From assembly GCA_050246635.1 (NCBI GenBank), contig JBFWVR010000002.1, positions 373,938 to 437,937 of the forward strand: a DNA stretch of 64,000 nt, in the 5' to 3' direction. Positions 48,899 to 57,718 of the stretch are shown here, one piece after another. The stretch comes from Vicinamibacterales bacterium. Its GTDB lineage: Bacteria > Acidobacteriota > Vicinamibacteria > Vicinamibacterales > UBA2999. The position numbers were made by a program, and so were the translations under genes. Every line of letters starts with the position of its first letter. Positions within the stretch are counted from its first letter, which is position 1. The notes beneath the pieces are model-generated. The model searched no databases and was not told the origin of the DNA. It was given only the letters and a program-made list of their open reading frames with translations.

Positions 48899-50772
48899 AC
48901 CTCACCGGCATCCGGCGGAGCAAGGCCCTCCCAGCGCACCGCACGTCCGGCGAGCCGGACAGCCCGGGCCGGCCGCGGGGCCTCGGACGTGCGCTCCGGA
49001 CGCCGCTGCGCATGCGGGACCTCCGCCACGCGCGAGGCCGCGGCCGCCAGGCGCGCGGCCTGCACCTGCCGCCGGGCGGCGCGCACCTGCTCGGCCGCCC
49101 GTTCACGCGCCGCTCGTTCCCGGGCGGCGGCCGCGCGCTGGGCGTCACGCAGGGCCCTGACCGGCGCCAGGCGGGCGTTACGCGCCTCGAGCTTCCGCGC
49201 ACGCGCCGCCGCCCGCGCGGCCATCGTCAGCGCCTGCCGGGCGTCGTCGCGAGCGGCCCGCGAGAACTCGTCCGGCGTCGCGGCGCCGGCCCGCCGCTCC
49301 ACGCGCCAGCGCCACGCCCCGACGAGCGCCCGCAGCCCCCTTCCGCGTCGCGGCGCCGCCGCGGCTGCGGGACGCCTGGCCAGGTTCTCGACGAGGTCGG
49401 CCACCACCGCGGCCGCGGGACGATCGATGCCGCAGGGCCGCAGGAATTGCCGGACGAAACGGCGACGTCCCTCGCGCCGCTCGTCCGCGCCGTCGCCGAC
49501 GATGTGTCCGACACGCGCGGCGACCTCATCCCAGGTGGTGCAGGTCTCGAGGAACCCGCCCGCCAGCAGGTGACGGAAGTGCCCGGTGAATCCCTGTGAC
49601 CCCGTGTACTTCTCCGCCACGATCGTGAGGCACGGACGATCGGCCACCGCCGCCTCGAGGAAGGCGGTCGTGTTGAGCCCGACCGCGCAGGCCGCCAGGG
49701 ACAGCTGATCGAAGTAGGCCTGCCAGGCGTCCGGCGTGTCGGCTTGATCGCCCTGGCCCGGGTAGACGACGACCCCGCGGCGCGAGTAGCGTGCCCAGAT
49801 CTCGGCATTCGTCGGATGGGGCCGCACGACGATTGCCGGCGCCGCCTCGCCAAACCGGCGGGCGAACGCCTCCGCCAACGCGGTCACCAGCGGCGTCTCG
49901 TCGGGGGCGAGCGTACGCGACGAACAGAGGAAGACGACGTAGGGCCGGCCGTCCGGGCACCCCATGGCCGCGCAGAGCGCCTCGCGCGTCGTCGAGGTCG
50001 AGAGGGCAAAGAAGCAATCGAGGTGTGGCGCGCCGGTGACGCGAATGGCGTCGCGCGGCACGTCGTGCAGGCCGGCGGCCTCCTCGGCCATGGGTTCGTT
50101 CCACACGACGAAGGCGTCCGGCAGGACGTGCACCGTGCCCTTGCTCGTCAGGTTGTCCCAGCTGTTGACGTAGCCGATCGTCGGGACGCCGAGCGCGTGC
50201 GCCGCGTGCAGGTAGTCGGCCTCGACGGGATCCCTCGGCCAGATCACGGGCGAGACGAGCACGACGTCGGGTGCGTGGCGCCGCAGCGTGTCGACGACCG
50301 TCGGGCAGGCGGGCCCCGCCGCCTCGATGCTGCGCCACGCGCGGAGGGCCCAGGGCCGCCAGAGCACCCGCCGCCAAAGCGGCGAGCGCACGAAGCGTCG
50401 CATGGCGGGAGACATCTGCTCCTCGAGGCCCTCGGTGACACGCGCGGGGGACGGATGCCACGGCCGCATGTAGATGCCGCGGCTGAGCACCTGGCGCCAC
50501 ATCATCAACCGTTCGTGCCAGGCGCCGGGCGGGTCGGGACGGTAGGCCACATCGACGTCGGGCAACGCCTGCCGGGCCGCCTGCAGCCCGCGCCCGAGGT
50601 TGGTCACCTTCTTCGTGCGCCGCGGCAGGTCACGCCGATCCCGCAGGTTCGGCTCCTTGATCGCGGTGCCGTGCAACACCACGATCTGGTGCCCGCGCGC
50701 ATGCAGCTCGCGCAGCACGGTGTCGAGGTTGCGGAAGAAGTTCACGTGCTGCAGGACGAAGAGCACCTTCAT
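48895..50772 (-). CDS. paralog family copy P9 (subfamily 2) with ~125-aa A/R/E-rich C-terminal tail
   Basis: Part of ORF 48895..50997. ATG 50772 (MKVLFVLQHVNFFRNLDTVLRELHARGH…) is in an ATGA overlap (tcat 50769-50772). Motifs: NSWDNLTSKG, IVVRPHPTN, AVGLNTTAFLEAAVADRPC, SQGFTGHFRHLL. Tail: …ARKLEARNARLAPVRALRDAQRAAAARERAARERAAEQVRAARRQVQAARL…. Confidence 0.85.
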   Translation of the reverse strand: MKVLFVLQHVNFFRNLDTVLRELHARGHQIVVLHGTAIKEPNLRDRRDLPRRTKKVTNLGRGLQAARQALPDVDVAYRPDPPGAWHERLMMWRQVLSRGIYMRPWHPSPARVTEGLEEQMSPAMRRFVRSPLWRRVLWRPWALRAWRSIEAAGPACPTVVDTLRRHAPDVVLVSPVIWPRDPVEADYLHAAHALGVPTIGYVNSWDNLTSKGTVHVLPDAFVVWNEPMAEEAAGLHDVPRDAIRVTGAPHLDCFFALSTSTTREALCAAMGCPDGRPYVVFLCSSRTLAPDETPLVTALAEAFARRFGEAAPAIVVRPHPTNAEIWARYSRRGVVVYPGQGDQADTPDAWQAYFDQLSLAACAVGLNTTAFLEAAVADRPCLTIVAEKYTGSQGFTGHFRHLLAGGFLETCTTWDEVAARVGHIVGDGADERREGRRRFVRQFLRPCGIDRPAAAVVADLVENLARRPAAAAAPRRGRGLRALVGAWRWRVERRAGAATPDEFSRAARDDARQALTMAARAAARARKLEARNARLAPVRALRDAQRAAAARERAARERAAEQVRAARRQVQAARLAAAASRVAEVPHAQRRPERTSEAPRPARAVRLAGRAVRWEGLAPPDAGEV

Positions 50773-52847
50773 CGTGGGGCTGCATCTTCCTCCCGGCGTC
50801 GCGGACGGATCCAGCTGCCGGCCAACACGAAAAGCGTCATCGCCAGGACGGCCCCGGCCACGGCGGTTGCCACACGACGGCCCGCCGGCGCATAGTCCAG
50901 CTGCAGGTGCGCAATGCCCGGCGGAACCTCGACGCCGATGAGGCCGCCCGCGACCCCGCGAACCGGCAGCTCCGTCCCGCTCGCGGCCGCGCGCCACCCG
51001 TCACGGTACATCTCGCCGATCACGACGACCGTCGCCGAGTCCTGCGGCTCGAGCCGCACGGTGATGGTGCCGTGAGCACGTTCGGTGCGGGCGTGCGCAC
51101 CTGGCAGCCGCGCGGCGTCGAGGGCCGTGAAGTCACGGCAGAGCAGGCCGCGCGTGGGACAGTCCGCAAGCAGCGGCGGTTCGCCCACCGGCACGGAGGC
51201 GGGAACCACCAAGGCCGCTGCCGCCTCCGGCACCCGGTACAGGACCAGGTCCCCGCGCGGAGTCGTCAACGACGACACGGGCTCGAGGACCTGCGCGACC
51301 GGCTCGTCCCGGAACGCGACGACGTACCGCAGCCCGAGGACACGCAGGCTCGGCGCCGACTGCTGCAGCGGCGCGACCGACTCGATGCGCCCGTAGGGCA
51401 GCGAGGCGTCCGGGGACACGGGCGCGGTCGAGACGCCCTTGAAGACCCCGCTGACCACCCGCAGGCCGTGGTACGCCGGGGTGTTGCGCCAGAGGCCCTG
51501 GTCGATGAAGTCGCCGGAATCGACGAGGCGATCCACCTGCACGGAGTAGTAGATGCGTCCCACGCCGGCGTCGGTGTTGGCCACGAGCCAGCGCACCGCC
51601 GGGCCGGGCTCCACGAAGAGACGCCACGGCTGGCGGCGCTGCGGATCCAATGTCACGGCGAGGAACGGCCACGCGGCCGCGGCAAGGGCCGCCAGCTGCA
51701 GGACGACAAGCGCACTTGCGAGGCCCCGACGGCCACGCCGCAGCAGGTGATCCACGACAAGCGCCGCCAGCAGCAGCCCGAACAGGATCATCGGGTCACG
51801 GAAGAGCGAGGTCGCGGGAAAGATCTTGAGCGCCGAGAGCCCGGGCGTGCAGAGCAGGACGAAGCTGACGACGAAGGCCGCCCCGATGTCGAGGCGCCGC
51901 CGGCGCACGGCCAGGCCCGACACGACCGCGCCGACCGCGAGCAGGGCGAACGGCGGACCGAAGAAGGCCACCCGCGCGCCGCGCCGCAGGATGGCGTCGC
52001 GCCAGCCGCCGTCGATGCCAAGCGGAAGGGGCCGGACGAACAGGTCCCAGAGGCCCGCCCACCGCAGCGGGTCGTCGTAGTTGGCACGCGGGAGTCCGGG
52101 TGCGAACCGGCCGACCTCGGTCCCGACCTGCAGGATCGTCGGGCCTGCGACGGCCAGCATGATGATCGTGGCCAGCGCCCACCAGCGCCAGTCCCGGAGC
52201 AGGCGCCGCCAGTGGACCGCGACACATGCCACCACGGGCGCGCCGTACACGGTCATGTAGCCGGGATGACCGTTGTCGATCGCCAGGCCCGCGACCAGGC
52301 CCAGGCCGCACGCGAGCAGCCGCCGCGCCCGGTCATCGGGCGCGCCGACGAGGCGCAGGATCAACCCGACGATCCACGGCATCAGGGTCCAGCCCACCAG
52401 GCCCGATGGCCAGAAGTCCGTCAGGACGAAGTTCTGCGTCGTCGAGGCGAGCAGGAAGGTGGCGGTGGCCACGGCCGAGGGGGCCGGGCCGAGACCGATG
52501 ACCCGGCCAAGCCACATCACGCCGGCGGCCCCGACGATGGTGTGGGTCACCAGCAGCAGCACCACCCAGCGATCGGGGCGTAACACGGTGAGCAGCGGCA
52601 TCAACGGATGCCACACGAAGTTCTGGCCCAGCGGATGCGGCATGCCGAGGCCGAGCTCGGACGTCCAGTACGGCCAGGCCGCATCCGCCATGGCCCGTGC
52701 ATGGAGCAGCGTCGTCAGGATGCTGAAGCGATACTCTTCCTCGTCCGGCGTGCTGCCCCACACGAACCCGGCCGCCAGGAACACGGCAGCGGCCACGACG
52801 ATGAGACCGGCCACGAGACGCTGCCTGGTCCGCACGGGTGGCGTCAT
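50769..52847 (-). CDS. polytopic membrane protein, YfhO-like GT-C-type putative glycosyltransferase
   Basis: Part of ORF 50769..53021. ATG 52847 is in an ATGA overlap (tcat 52844-52847). It has about 10 or more hydrophobic spans, then a ~240-aa soluble domain, then a final TM (VATAVAGAVLAMTLFVLAGSWI). This is the YfhO-type architecture. Confidence 0.65.
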   Translation of the reverse strand: MTPPVRTRQRLVAGLIVVAAAVFLAAGFVWGSTPDEEEYRFSILTTLLHARAMADAAWPYWTSELGLGMPHPLGQNFVWHPLMPLLTVLRPDRWVVLLLVTHTIVGAAGVMWLGRVIGLGPAPSAVATATFLLASTTQNFVLTDFWPSGLVGWTLMPWIVGLILRLVGAPDDRARRLLACGLGLVAGLAIDNGHPGYMTVYGAPVVACVAVHWRRLLRDWRWWALATIIMLAVAGPTILQVGTEVGRFAPGLPRANYDDPLRWAGLWDLFVRPLPLGIDGGWRDAILRRGARVAFFGPPFALLAVGAVVSGLAVRRRRLDIGAAFVVSFVLLCTPGLSALKIFPATSLFRDPMILFGLLLAALVVDHLLRRGRRGLASALVVLQLAALAAAAWPFLAVTLDPQRRQPWRLFVEPGPAVRWLVANTDAGVGRIYYSVQVDRLVDSGDFIDQGLWRNTPAYHGLRVVSGVFKGVSTAPVSPDASLPYGRIESVAPLQQSAPSLRVLGLRYVVAFRDEPVAQVLEPVSSLTTPRGDLVLYRVPEAAAALVVPASVPVGEPPLLADCPTRGLLCRDFTALDAARLPGAHARTERAHGTITVRLEPQDSATVVVIGEMYRDGWRAAASGTELPVRGVAGGLIGVEVPPGIAHLQLDYAPAGRRVATAVAGAVLAMTLFVLAGSWIRPRRREEDAAPR

Positions 52848-53818
52848 GCTCCGGAGCCCGGCTTGATCGCGATGATCCGCATGTTGGACGAGCGCCCGAG
52901 GGCGCTCGGCAGCAGCTCCAGCGCCAGGCAGGCGCCCAGCGCCAGCGGGTTGTCCATGCTGAAGAACCGCTGCACGGCCGGCGGCCAGCCCCGCCGCTGC
53001 GCGACGTGGTTGAGCGACCACGCCCAGACGACGGCCGCCGCCGGCGTGGAGACGTGCACGACCTCGAAGCCGATGTCGTGGAGCAGGCGCGACAGGGAGT
53101 GCGGGTCGAACAGCGTCCAGTGCCGCGGGAAGTGATAGCCTCCCCAGTCACCACCCGCGAAGAACCGCCGATCCCAGCCGTCCATGTTCGGGGTCTCGAG
53201 CAGGCACGCACCGCCCGGCGCCAGCGCGCCGAACATGCGCCGGAGCACGTCCCGAGGCGCGGCGACATGCTCGATCACCTGGATGAGCGTGCACACGTCG
53301 ACGCTGCCGGCGTCGAACGTGGCGTCCTCGGCACGGCCCAGGACACCCCGCATGCCACGGCGCTCGAGGGCCTCCACCGCCTGCGGATCCAGCTCCAGTC
53401 CCGTCAGGTGCGCGGCCGGCACGCCGGCGGCGCCGAACGCCCGCAGCAGCGAGCCATCGCCCGCGCCGACGTCGAGGACCCGCAGGTCCCGGACCGCCCG
53501 ACGCTGGGTCGCCAGCACCTGCCGCACCTTGCCGCGATCGCGGCGGGCGCGCGCGCGCAGCACGACGGGATTTCCCTCCTCCTCGAAGCTGTAGGAGTAG
53601 TAGTCCTCCCGGGCGTAGATGACGGGCAGCATCTCCACGGTGGGGCGCGGGTTGAGGTAGTACGTCCCGCAGGCGCGACATTGCACCAGGCGGAAGACCT
53701 GATCGCCGCAACAGTGGCAGTCGTAGTCCGGGCCGCTGGCGATCGCGACAGCCTGAGTTCCATCGCAGGCCGGGCACGGGACTTCTTCGACGGCGATCTG
53801 TCGTGCGGCGCTGGTCAT
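52844..53818 (-). CDS. class I SAM-dependent methyltransferase with N-terminal Cys-rich zinc-ribbon
   Basis: Part of ORF 52844..54355. ATG 53818 overlaps the upstream stop by 1 nt. Contains CPACDG…CRACG, VLDVGAGDGSLL and TLIQVIEHVAAP…LAPGGACLL. Confidence 0.85.
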   Translation of the reverse strand: MTSAARQIAVEEVPCPACDGTQAVAIASGPDYDCHCCGDQVFRLVQCRACGTYYLNPRPTVEMLPVIYAREDYYSYSFEEEGNPVVLRARARRDRGKVRQVLATQRRAVRDLRVLDVGAGDGSLLRAFGAAGVPAAHLTGLELDPQAVEALERRGMRGVLGRAEDATFDAGSVDVCTLIQVIEHVAAPRDVLRRMFGALAPGGACLLETPNMDGWDRRFFAGGDWGGYHFPRHWTLFDPHSLSRLLHDIGFEVVHVSTPAAAVVWAWSLNHVAQRRGWPPAVQRFFSMDNPLALGACLALELLPSALGRSSNMRIIAIKPGSGA

Positions 53819-55140
53819 CAGATGAACCGCGTGCGAGGCGCCGCGAACAGCACCATCCGCAGCAGCAGCCAGCCGTGCGCCCACCGGCGGATGTTGGTCG
53901 TGCCGTAGGTCCGTTCGCGGTAGCGGATGGGGAGCTCCACCATCTTCAAACCCAGCCGCGCCGCCCCGAACAACAGGTCGAAGTCGCCGAAGGGGTCGAA
54001 GTCGCCGAAGTAGGCGCGGCTTGCCGCCAGGCGACCGTAGCTCGCCCGCGACAGCACCTTGGTGCCACAGAGCGTGTCCTTGAATCGCTGGCCCAGGAGG
54101 AACGAGAACGCCAGCGCGAACGCCTTGTTGCCCAGGATGTTGAAGAACTGCATCGAGCCCTCCTCCATCGGGTAGACCAGGCGGCTGCCGTTGATGAAGT
54201 CCCCGGTCCCCGAGGCGATGGCCCGGTAGAACTTCGGCAGCTCCTCCGGCGGCACGGTCATGTCCGCATCGAGGATCATCAGGATGTCCTTCGTCGCGAC
54301 CGCGAAGCCCGCCCGCACCGCGTCGCCCTTGCCCCGCCCCGGCTGCTGCAGGCAACGGATCCGCCGCGCCGGGTACCGCGCGGCCACGTCCTGGATCGTC
54401 GTCCAGGTCGCGTCGCTCGAATGCCCCTCGACGAAGATCAGCTCGTCGTCCGGGCCCATCGCGGGAAGCCGCTGGACGAGCGCCTCGATGTTGCCGGCCT
54501 CGTTACGCGCCGCGACCACCACCGAGACCGACGGCGGCCGCTCCCACGCCGGGCCCGTGGGCCGCGCGACGGCGATGTTCGCCAGCGCCAGCGCCCGGAA
54601 ACCGGGCAGCGGGGCCAGCCAGCGATTGCAGAACGCCGAGACCAGCGGGATCCAGCACGGCACCAGCACCCGCGGCTGGTTGGTGACGAGCTCGAAGCCC
54701 GAGAGCCGGAGCAGGTTCACGAGGTCGGACGGCGCAATCCAGTTCTGGTCCGGCCCCTTCGTGCGCACGCCGAAGCGGCGCACGAGGCTGAACAGCGGCT
54801 TCCAGAGCGAACTGTAGTAGCAGATCAGCAGCCGCGTGGAGGGCCGCGTGCCGGCGCGCAGGCGCTCGAGGAACGCCTGGATGTCGGGCTCGAAGTGCAG
54901 GCAGCCGTTCAGGATCAGGCAATCGGCCTCCGCCAGCCCGGCGTCGCCGACGATCTCACCGGCGTCGAAGACATCGGTGGCCGCTGGCGCGAACACCCGA
55001 ACCTGGTGTCCGGCGAGCGCGTCGGCGAGTGCCCGGTGCCGGGGCGCGACCTCCACGACGCGGGCGCCGTGGGGAATGAAGAACGCGAGGTAACGCGCGA
55101 CGAGCCCGTACAGGTAGCGGCGGAGCGCCTCGAACATCAC
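53818..55140 (-). CDS. bifunctional methyltransferase-like / GT2 polyprenyl-phosphate glycosyltransferase (DPM1/ArnC/GtrB-like)
   Basis: 440-aa ORF. The N-terminal ~190 aa are MT-like (…LILNGCLHFEPDIQAFLERL…). The C-terminal part carries VSVVVAARNEAGNIEALV…ELIFVEGHSSD…GKGDAVRAGF…ILMILDADMTVPPEEL…, typical of GT2 Und-P-sugar synthases. Confidence 0.8.
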   Translation of the reverse strand: MMFEALRRYLYGLVARYLAFFIPHGARVVEVAPRHRALADALAGHQVRVFAPAATDVFDAGEIVGDAGLAEADCLILNGCLHFEPDIQAFLERLRAGTRPSTRLLICYYSSLWKPLFSLVRRFGVRTKGPDQNWIAPSDLVNLLRLSGFELVTNQPRVLVPCWIPLVSAFCNRWLAPLPGFRALALANIAVARPTGPAWERPPSVSVVVAARNEAGNIEALVQRLPAMGPDDELIFVEGHSSDATWTTIQDVAARYPARRIRCLQQPGRGKGDAVRAGFAVATKDILMILDADMTVPPEELPKFYRAIASGTGDFINGSRLVYPMEEGSMQFFNILGNKAFALAFSFLLGQRFKDTLCGTKVLSRASYGRLAASRAYFGDFDPFGDFDLLFGAARLGLKMVELPIRYRERTYGTTNIRRWAHGWLLLRMVLFAAPRTRFI

Positions 55141-55151
55141 GGCACGACCGC

Positions 55152-56045
55152 CTACCGCAGCTCCGCGAACTGGCGCGCGAACGTCCGCAGGTACCCGGCC
55201 GGCGCCTGCTGCTCCGGGCCGAAGGCGAATCCCCGGCGGCCCAGTTCGTCATGCGCCCAGGCCAGCTGGTAATACGGCACGTCCGGCATCACGTGGTGCT
55301 CGAAATGGTGGGCATACCCATAGGGGGCGATCGTCAGGTACTCGAACCAGGTCGGTCGCGTGGTGCGCATGGCCTCGGCCCCGCCACGCGTCGCGTGGTG
55401 CTCCACGAACGTCCGGATGCGGTTCACCGCGAAAGGCACCGTCGCCAGTGGCGCGAGCCACACCACACCGTACGCCCACCAGTAGCCGGTCACGGCATAG
55501 GCGCCGGCGGCAATCAGCAGTTGCACCACGGCAAACGCGGCCAGACGGCCAGGGCCGGCGCCCGCCCGGGGCTGGCCGTAGCGCCGCAGGAACGCCGTCA
55601 GCGCGGTCACCCCCGTGAGATCCCGGATGAAGCCCGCCACGAGCTGCCTCCGGCGATCGTAGGGACCGTACAGGTCGTAGTACGGGTCGGTCGGTCCGCA
55701 ACAGTCGCGGTGGTGCATCAGGTGCTCGCGGCGGTAGCCCTCGACCGTGTTGAGCACGGGCAGGCAGACCAGCGCGTTCGCGAGCCGGTCGTTCCAGATG
55801 CGGTCCCGGTGCATGAAGTAGTGCGACGCCTCGTGCGTCAGGATGCCCAGGCCGTTCTGGACGAACCCGGCGACCAGACCGAGCGCGATCAGCCCCCAGA
55901 GCGGGTCCAGCGTGACGGCCACCACCGCCGCGAGCAGCAGCGGGGCCACCGTGAGGCCGTAGGCGAGCGCGAACCGGCGGGTGGGATCGTTCGGCAGCTC
56001 CCGGCGCGCGACCCGGATTCCGGTCCGGACTCGGTCGAGATCCAT
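55152..56045 (-). CDS. membrane fatty-acid desaturase family protein
   Basis: Part of ORF 55152..56072. ATG 56045 is preferred because GGAAGGAGGG lies 9 nt upstream. Three His boxes are present: HEASH, HLMHH, HHFEHH. Confidence 0.8.
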   Translation of the reverse strand: MDLDRVRTGIRVARRELPNDPTRRFALAYGLTVAPLLLAAVVAVTLDPLWGLIALGLVAGFVQNGLGILTHEASHYFMHRDRIWNDRLANALVCLPVLNTVEGYRREHLMHHRDCCGPTDPYYDLYGPYDRRRQLVAGFIRDLTGVTALTAFLRRYGQPRAGAGPGRLAAFAVVQLLIAAGAYAVTGYWWAYGVVWLAPLATVPFAVNRIRTFVEHHATRGGAEAMRTTRPTWFEYLTIAPYGYAHHFEHHVMPDVPYYQLAWAHDELGRRGFAFGPEQQAPAGYLRTFARQFAELR

Positions 56046-56070
56046 CGAAAGGCGCCCTCCTTCCGGCGTC

Positions 56071-56076
56071 ATTCTA
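56071..56076 (-). promoter_or_regulatory. candidate -10 element TAGAAT upstream of the desaturase gene
   Basis: The minus strand reads GCCCTGTAGAATGACGCCGGAAGGAGGGCGCCTTTCGATG, giving -10-like, then SD, then ATG 56045 in sensible order within a 53-nt gap. Confidence 0.35.
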
Positions 56077-56098
56077 CAGGGCGGGGGCCGCCAGGACG

Positions 56099-56623
56099 TC
56101 AGCGGGCGGCGATGGCGGCATCGGCCGCGGTCGAGGCCGCCCCGGGGGGCGCCCCGGCATCGGCGAACGCGCGCGCGAGCTCCGCGCCCAGCGACGCCTT
56201 CGTGTCGGCCGGACGATCGGGCCGCGACAGCAGCGCGTAGAACACGGTGGCGACGCGCGTCGCGGCCGCGTCACCCGGCTGGGTGCCAGCCAGGGCCTGG
56301 CGCGCCGCCTCGGCCAGCGCCCGCGCCGTGCCCGGATCGGGCGCCGGATCCGTCAGGCCCTGGAGGTCCGACACGAGATCGTCGAAGGCGCCGGCCTGTC
56401 CGGCCGCGAGCGCCTGCAGGTCGCGGCCGAGGTCGAACAGCTTGTTGCGCTGCTCGGCGCTCGGCTCGGGGGCGCCGAACAGCTCCGACGAAGCCGGCGC
56501 CGCGACCGCGCCCGCGGCGGCATCCGGCGTGCCCGCCGGGGCGGCGGGGTCGGACGAGGAGCCCCCACAGGCGACGGCCCCCAGCAGGACGGCCAGCATC
56601 GACGTGCGAATCAGGGAGGTCAC
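56099..56623 (-). CDS. putative lipoprotein (Ala/Pro-rich)
   Basis: Part of ORF 56099..56947. GTG 56623 is preceded by GAGGA; ATG 56599 is an alternative. Signal peptide plus lipobox: TSLIRTSMLAVLLGAVA-C-GGSSS. Confidence 0.65.
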   Translation of the reverse strand: MTSLIRTSMLAVLLGAVACGGSSSDPAAPAGTPDAAAGAVAAPASSELFGAPEPSAEQRNKLFDLGRDLQALAAGQAGAFDDLVSDLQGLTDPAPDPGTARALAEAARQALAGTQPGDAAATRVATVFYALLSRPDRPADTKASLGAELARAFADAGAPPGAASTAADAAIAAR

Positions 56624-56634
56624 GATCGTGATCC

Positions 56635-57630
56635 TCAGTGTCCCTCGATGGCCGCGACGTCGAGCGGGTTCGCCTTGAGCCGCTCGATATCGGCGTCGAC
56701 CATCATGCCCACCAGCTGCTCGAACCCCACCGCGGGTTCCCACGCCAGCTGCCGGCGCGCCTTGGCGGCATCGCCGACGAGGAGGTCGACCTCGGCGGGC
56801 CGCAGGAACCGCGGATCGACCTTGACGTGCTTCTGCCAGTCGAGCCCCGCGTGCGCGAACGCCACCTCGACCAGCCGGCGCACCGACTGCGTCTGTCCGG
56901 TCGCGATCACGTAGTCGTCCGCCGTGTCCTGCTGCAGCATGAGCCACATCGCCCGGACGTAGTCGCCGGCAAACCCCCAGTCGCGCTGCGCGTCGAGGTT
57001 ACCCAGGCGAAGGTCGTCGGCCAGCCCCAGCTTGATGCGGGCGACGCCGTCGCTGACCTTGCGGGTCACGAACTCCAGCCCGCGACGGGGTGACTCATGG
57101 TTGAACAGGATGCCCGACACCGCGAACATCCCGAAGCTCTCCCGGTAGTTCACCGTGATGTAGTGCCCGAAGACCTTCGACACGCCGTACGGGCTCCGCG
57201 GGTAGAAGGGCGTGTCCTCGGACTGCGGCACCTCCCGCACCTTCCCGTACATCTCGCTGGAGGACGCCTGGTAGATCCGGATGCTCGTGTCGACGTGCCG
57301 GATCGCCTCGAGCACGCGGGTGATGCCCAGCGAGTTGAAGTCGCCGGTCAGCAACGGCTGATCCCAGGAGGCGGGCACGTACGACATCGCCGCCAGGTTG
57401 TAGAACTCGTGGGGGCGGAAGTCCTCGACAATCCGCAGGATCGAGAACTGGTCGAGCAGGTCGGCGGGCCGCAGCGTCACGCGGTCGAGAATGTGCTGGA
57501 TGCGCCAGAGATTGGGCGCGCTCGAGCGCCGCACCACGCCGAGCACCTCGTACCCCTTCTCGAGCAGCAATTCCGCCAGATACGAGCCGTCCTGACCCGT
57601 GATGCCGGTGATGAGGGCGCGCTTTGACAT
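56635..57630 (-). CDS. gmd: GDP-mannose 4,6-dehydratase
   Basis: 331-aa ORF: [25 protein letters not shown]…NLAAMSYV…YGVSKV…[12 protein letters not shown]…[16 protein letters not shown]. This is an unambiguous Gmd signature. A GAGGGA SD lies 5 nt upstream of the ATG. Confidence 0.95.
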   Translation of the reverse strand: MSKRALITGITGQDGSYLAELLLEKGYEVLGVVRRSSAPNLWRIQHILDRVTLRPADLLDQFSILRIVEDFRPHEFYNLAAMSYVPASWDQPLLTGDFNSLGITRVLEAIRHVDTSIRIYQASSSEMYGKVREVPQSEDTPFYPRSPYGVSKVFGHYITVNYRESFGMFAVSGILFNHESPRRGLEFVTRKVSDGVARIKLGLADDLRLGNLDAQRDWGFAGDYVRAMWLMLQQDTADDYVIATGQTQSVRRLVEVAFAHAGLDWQKHVKVDPRFLRPAEVDLLVGDAAKARRQLAWEPAVGFEQLVGMMVDADIERLKANPLDVAAIEGH

Positions 57631-57642
57631 AACGATCCCTCA

Positions 57643-57671
57643 ATGATGGCGGCGGCGCCCCGCCTTGTCAA
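57643..57671 (-). promoter_or_regulatory. candidate sigma70-like promoter upstream of gmd (TTGACA-17 nt-CATCAT)
   Basis: The minus strand reads GAATTGACAAGGCGGGGCGCCGCCGCCATCATTGAGGGATCGTTATG. It shares the 8-mer ATTGACAA with the 34906 element. The -10 sits very close to the SD/ATG, so the call is weak. Confidence 0.25.
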
Positions 57672-57712
57672 TTCTCACCGTGCGCCGGCTGCGCGCCCGC
57701 CGCCGCGCTGCG

Positions 57713-57718
57713 TAGAAT
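57713..57718 (+). promoter_or_regulatory. candidate -10 element TAGAAT overlapping the annotated ATG 57717
   Basis: gctgcgTAGAATGaacggcGTGaga. If this element is functional, transcription would start near the in-frame GTG 57726 and the mRNA would be leaderless. Confidence 0.3.
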
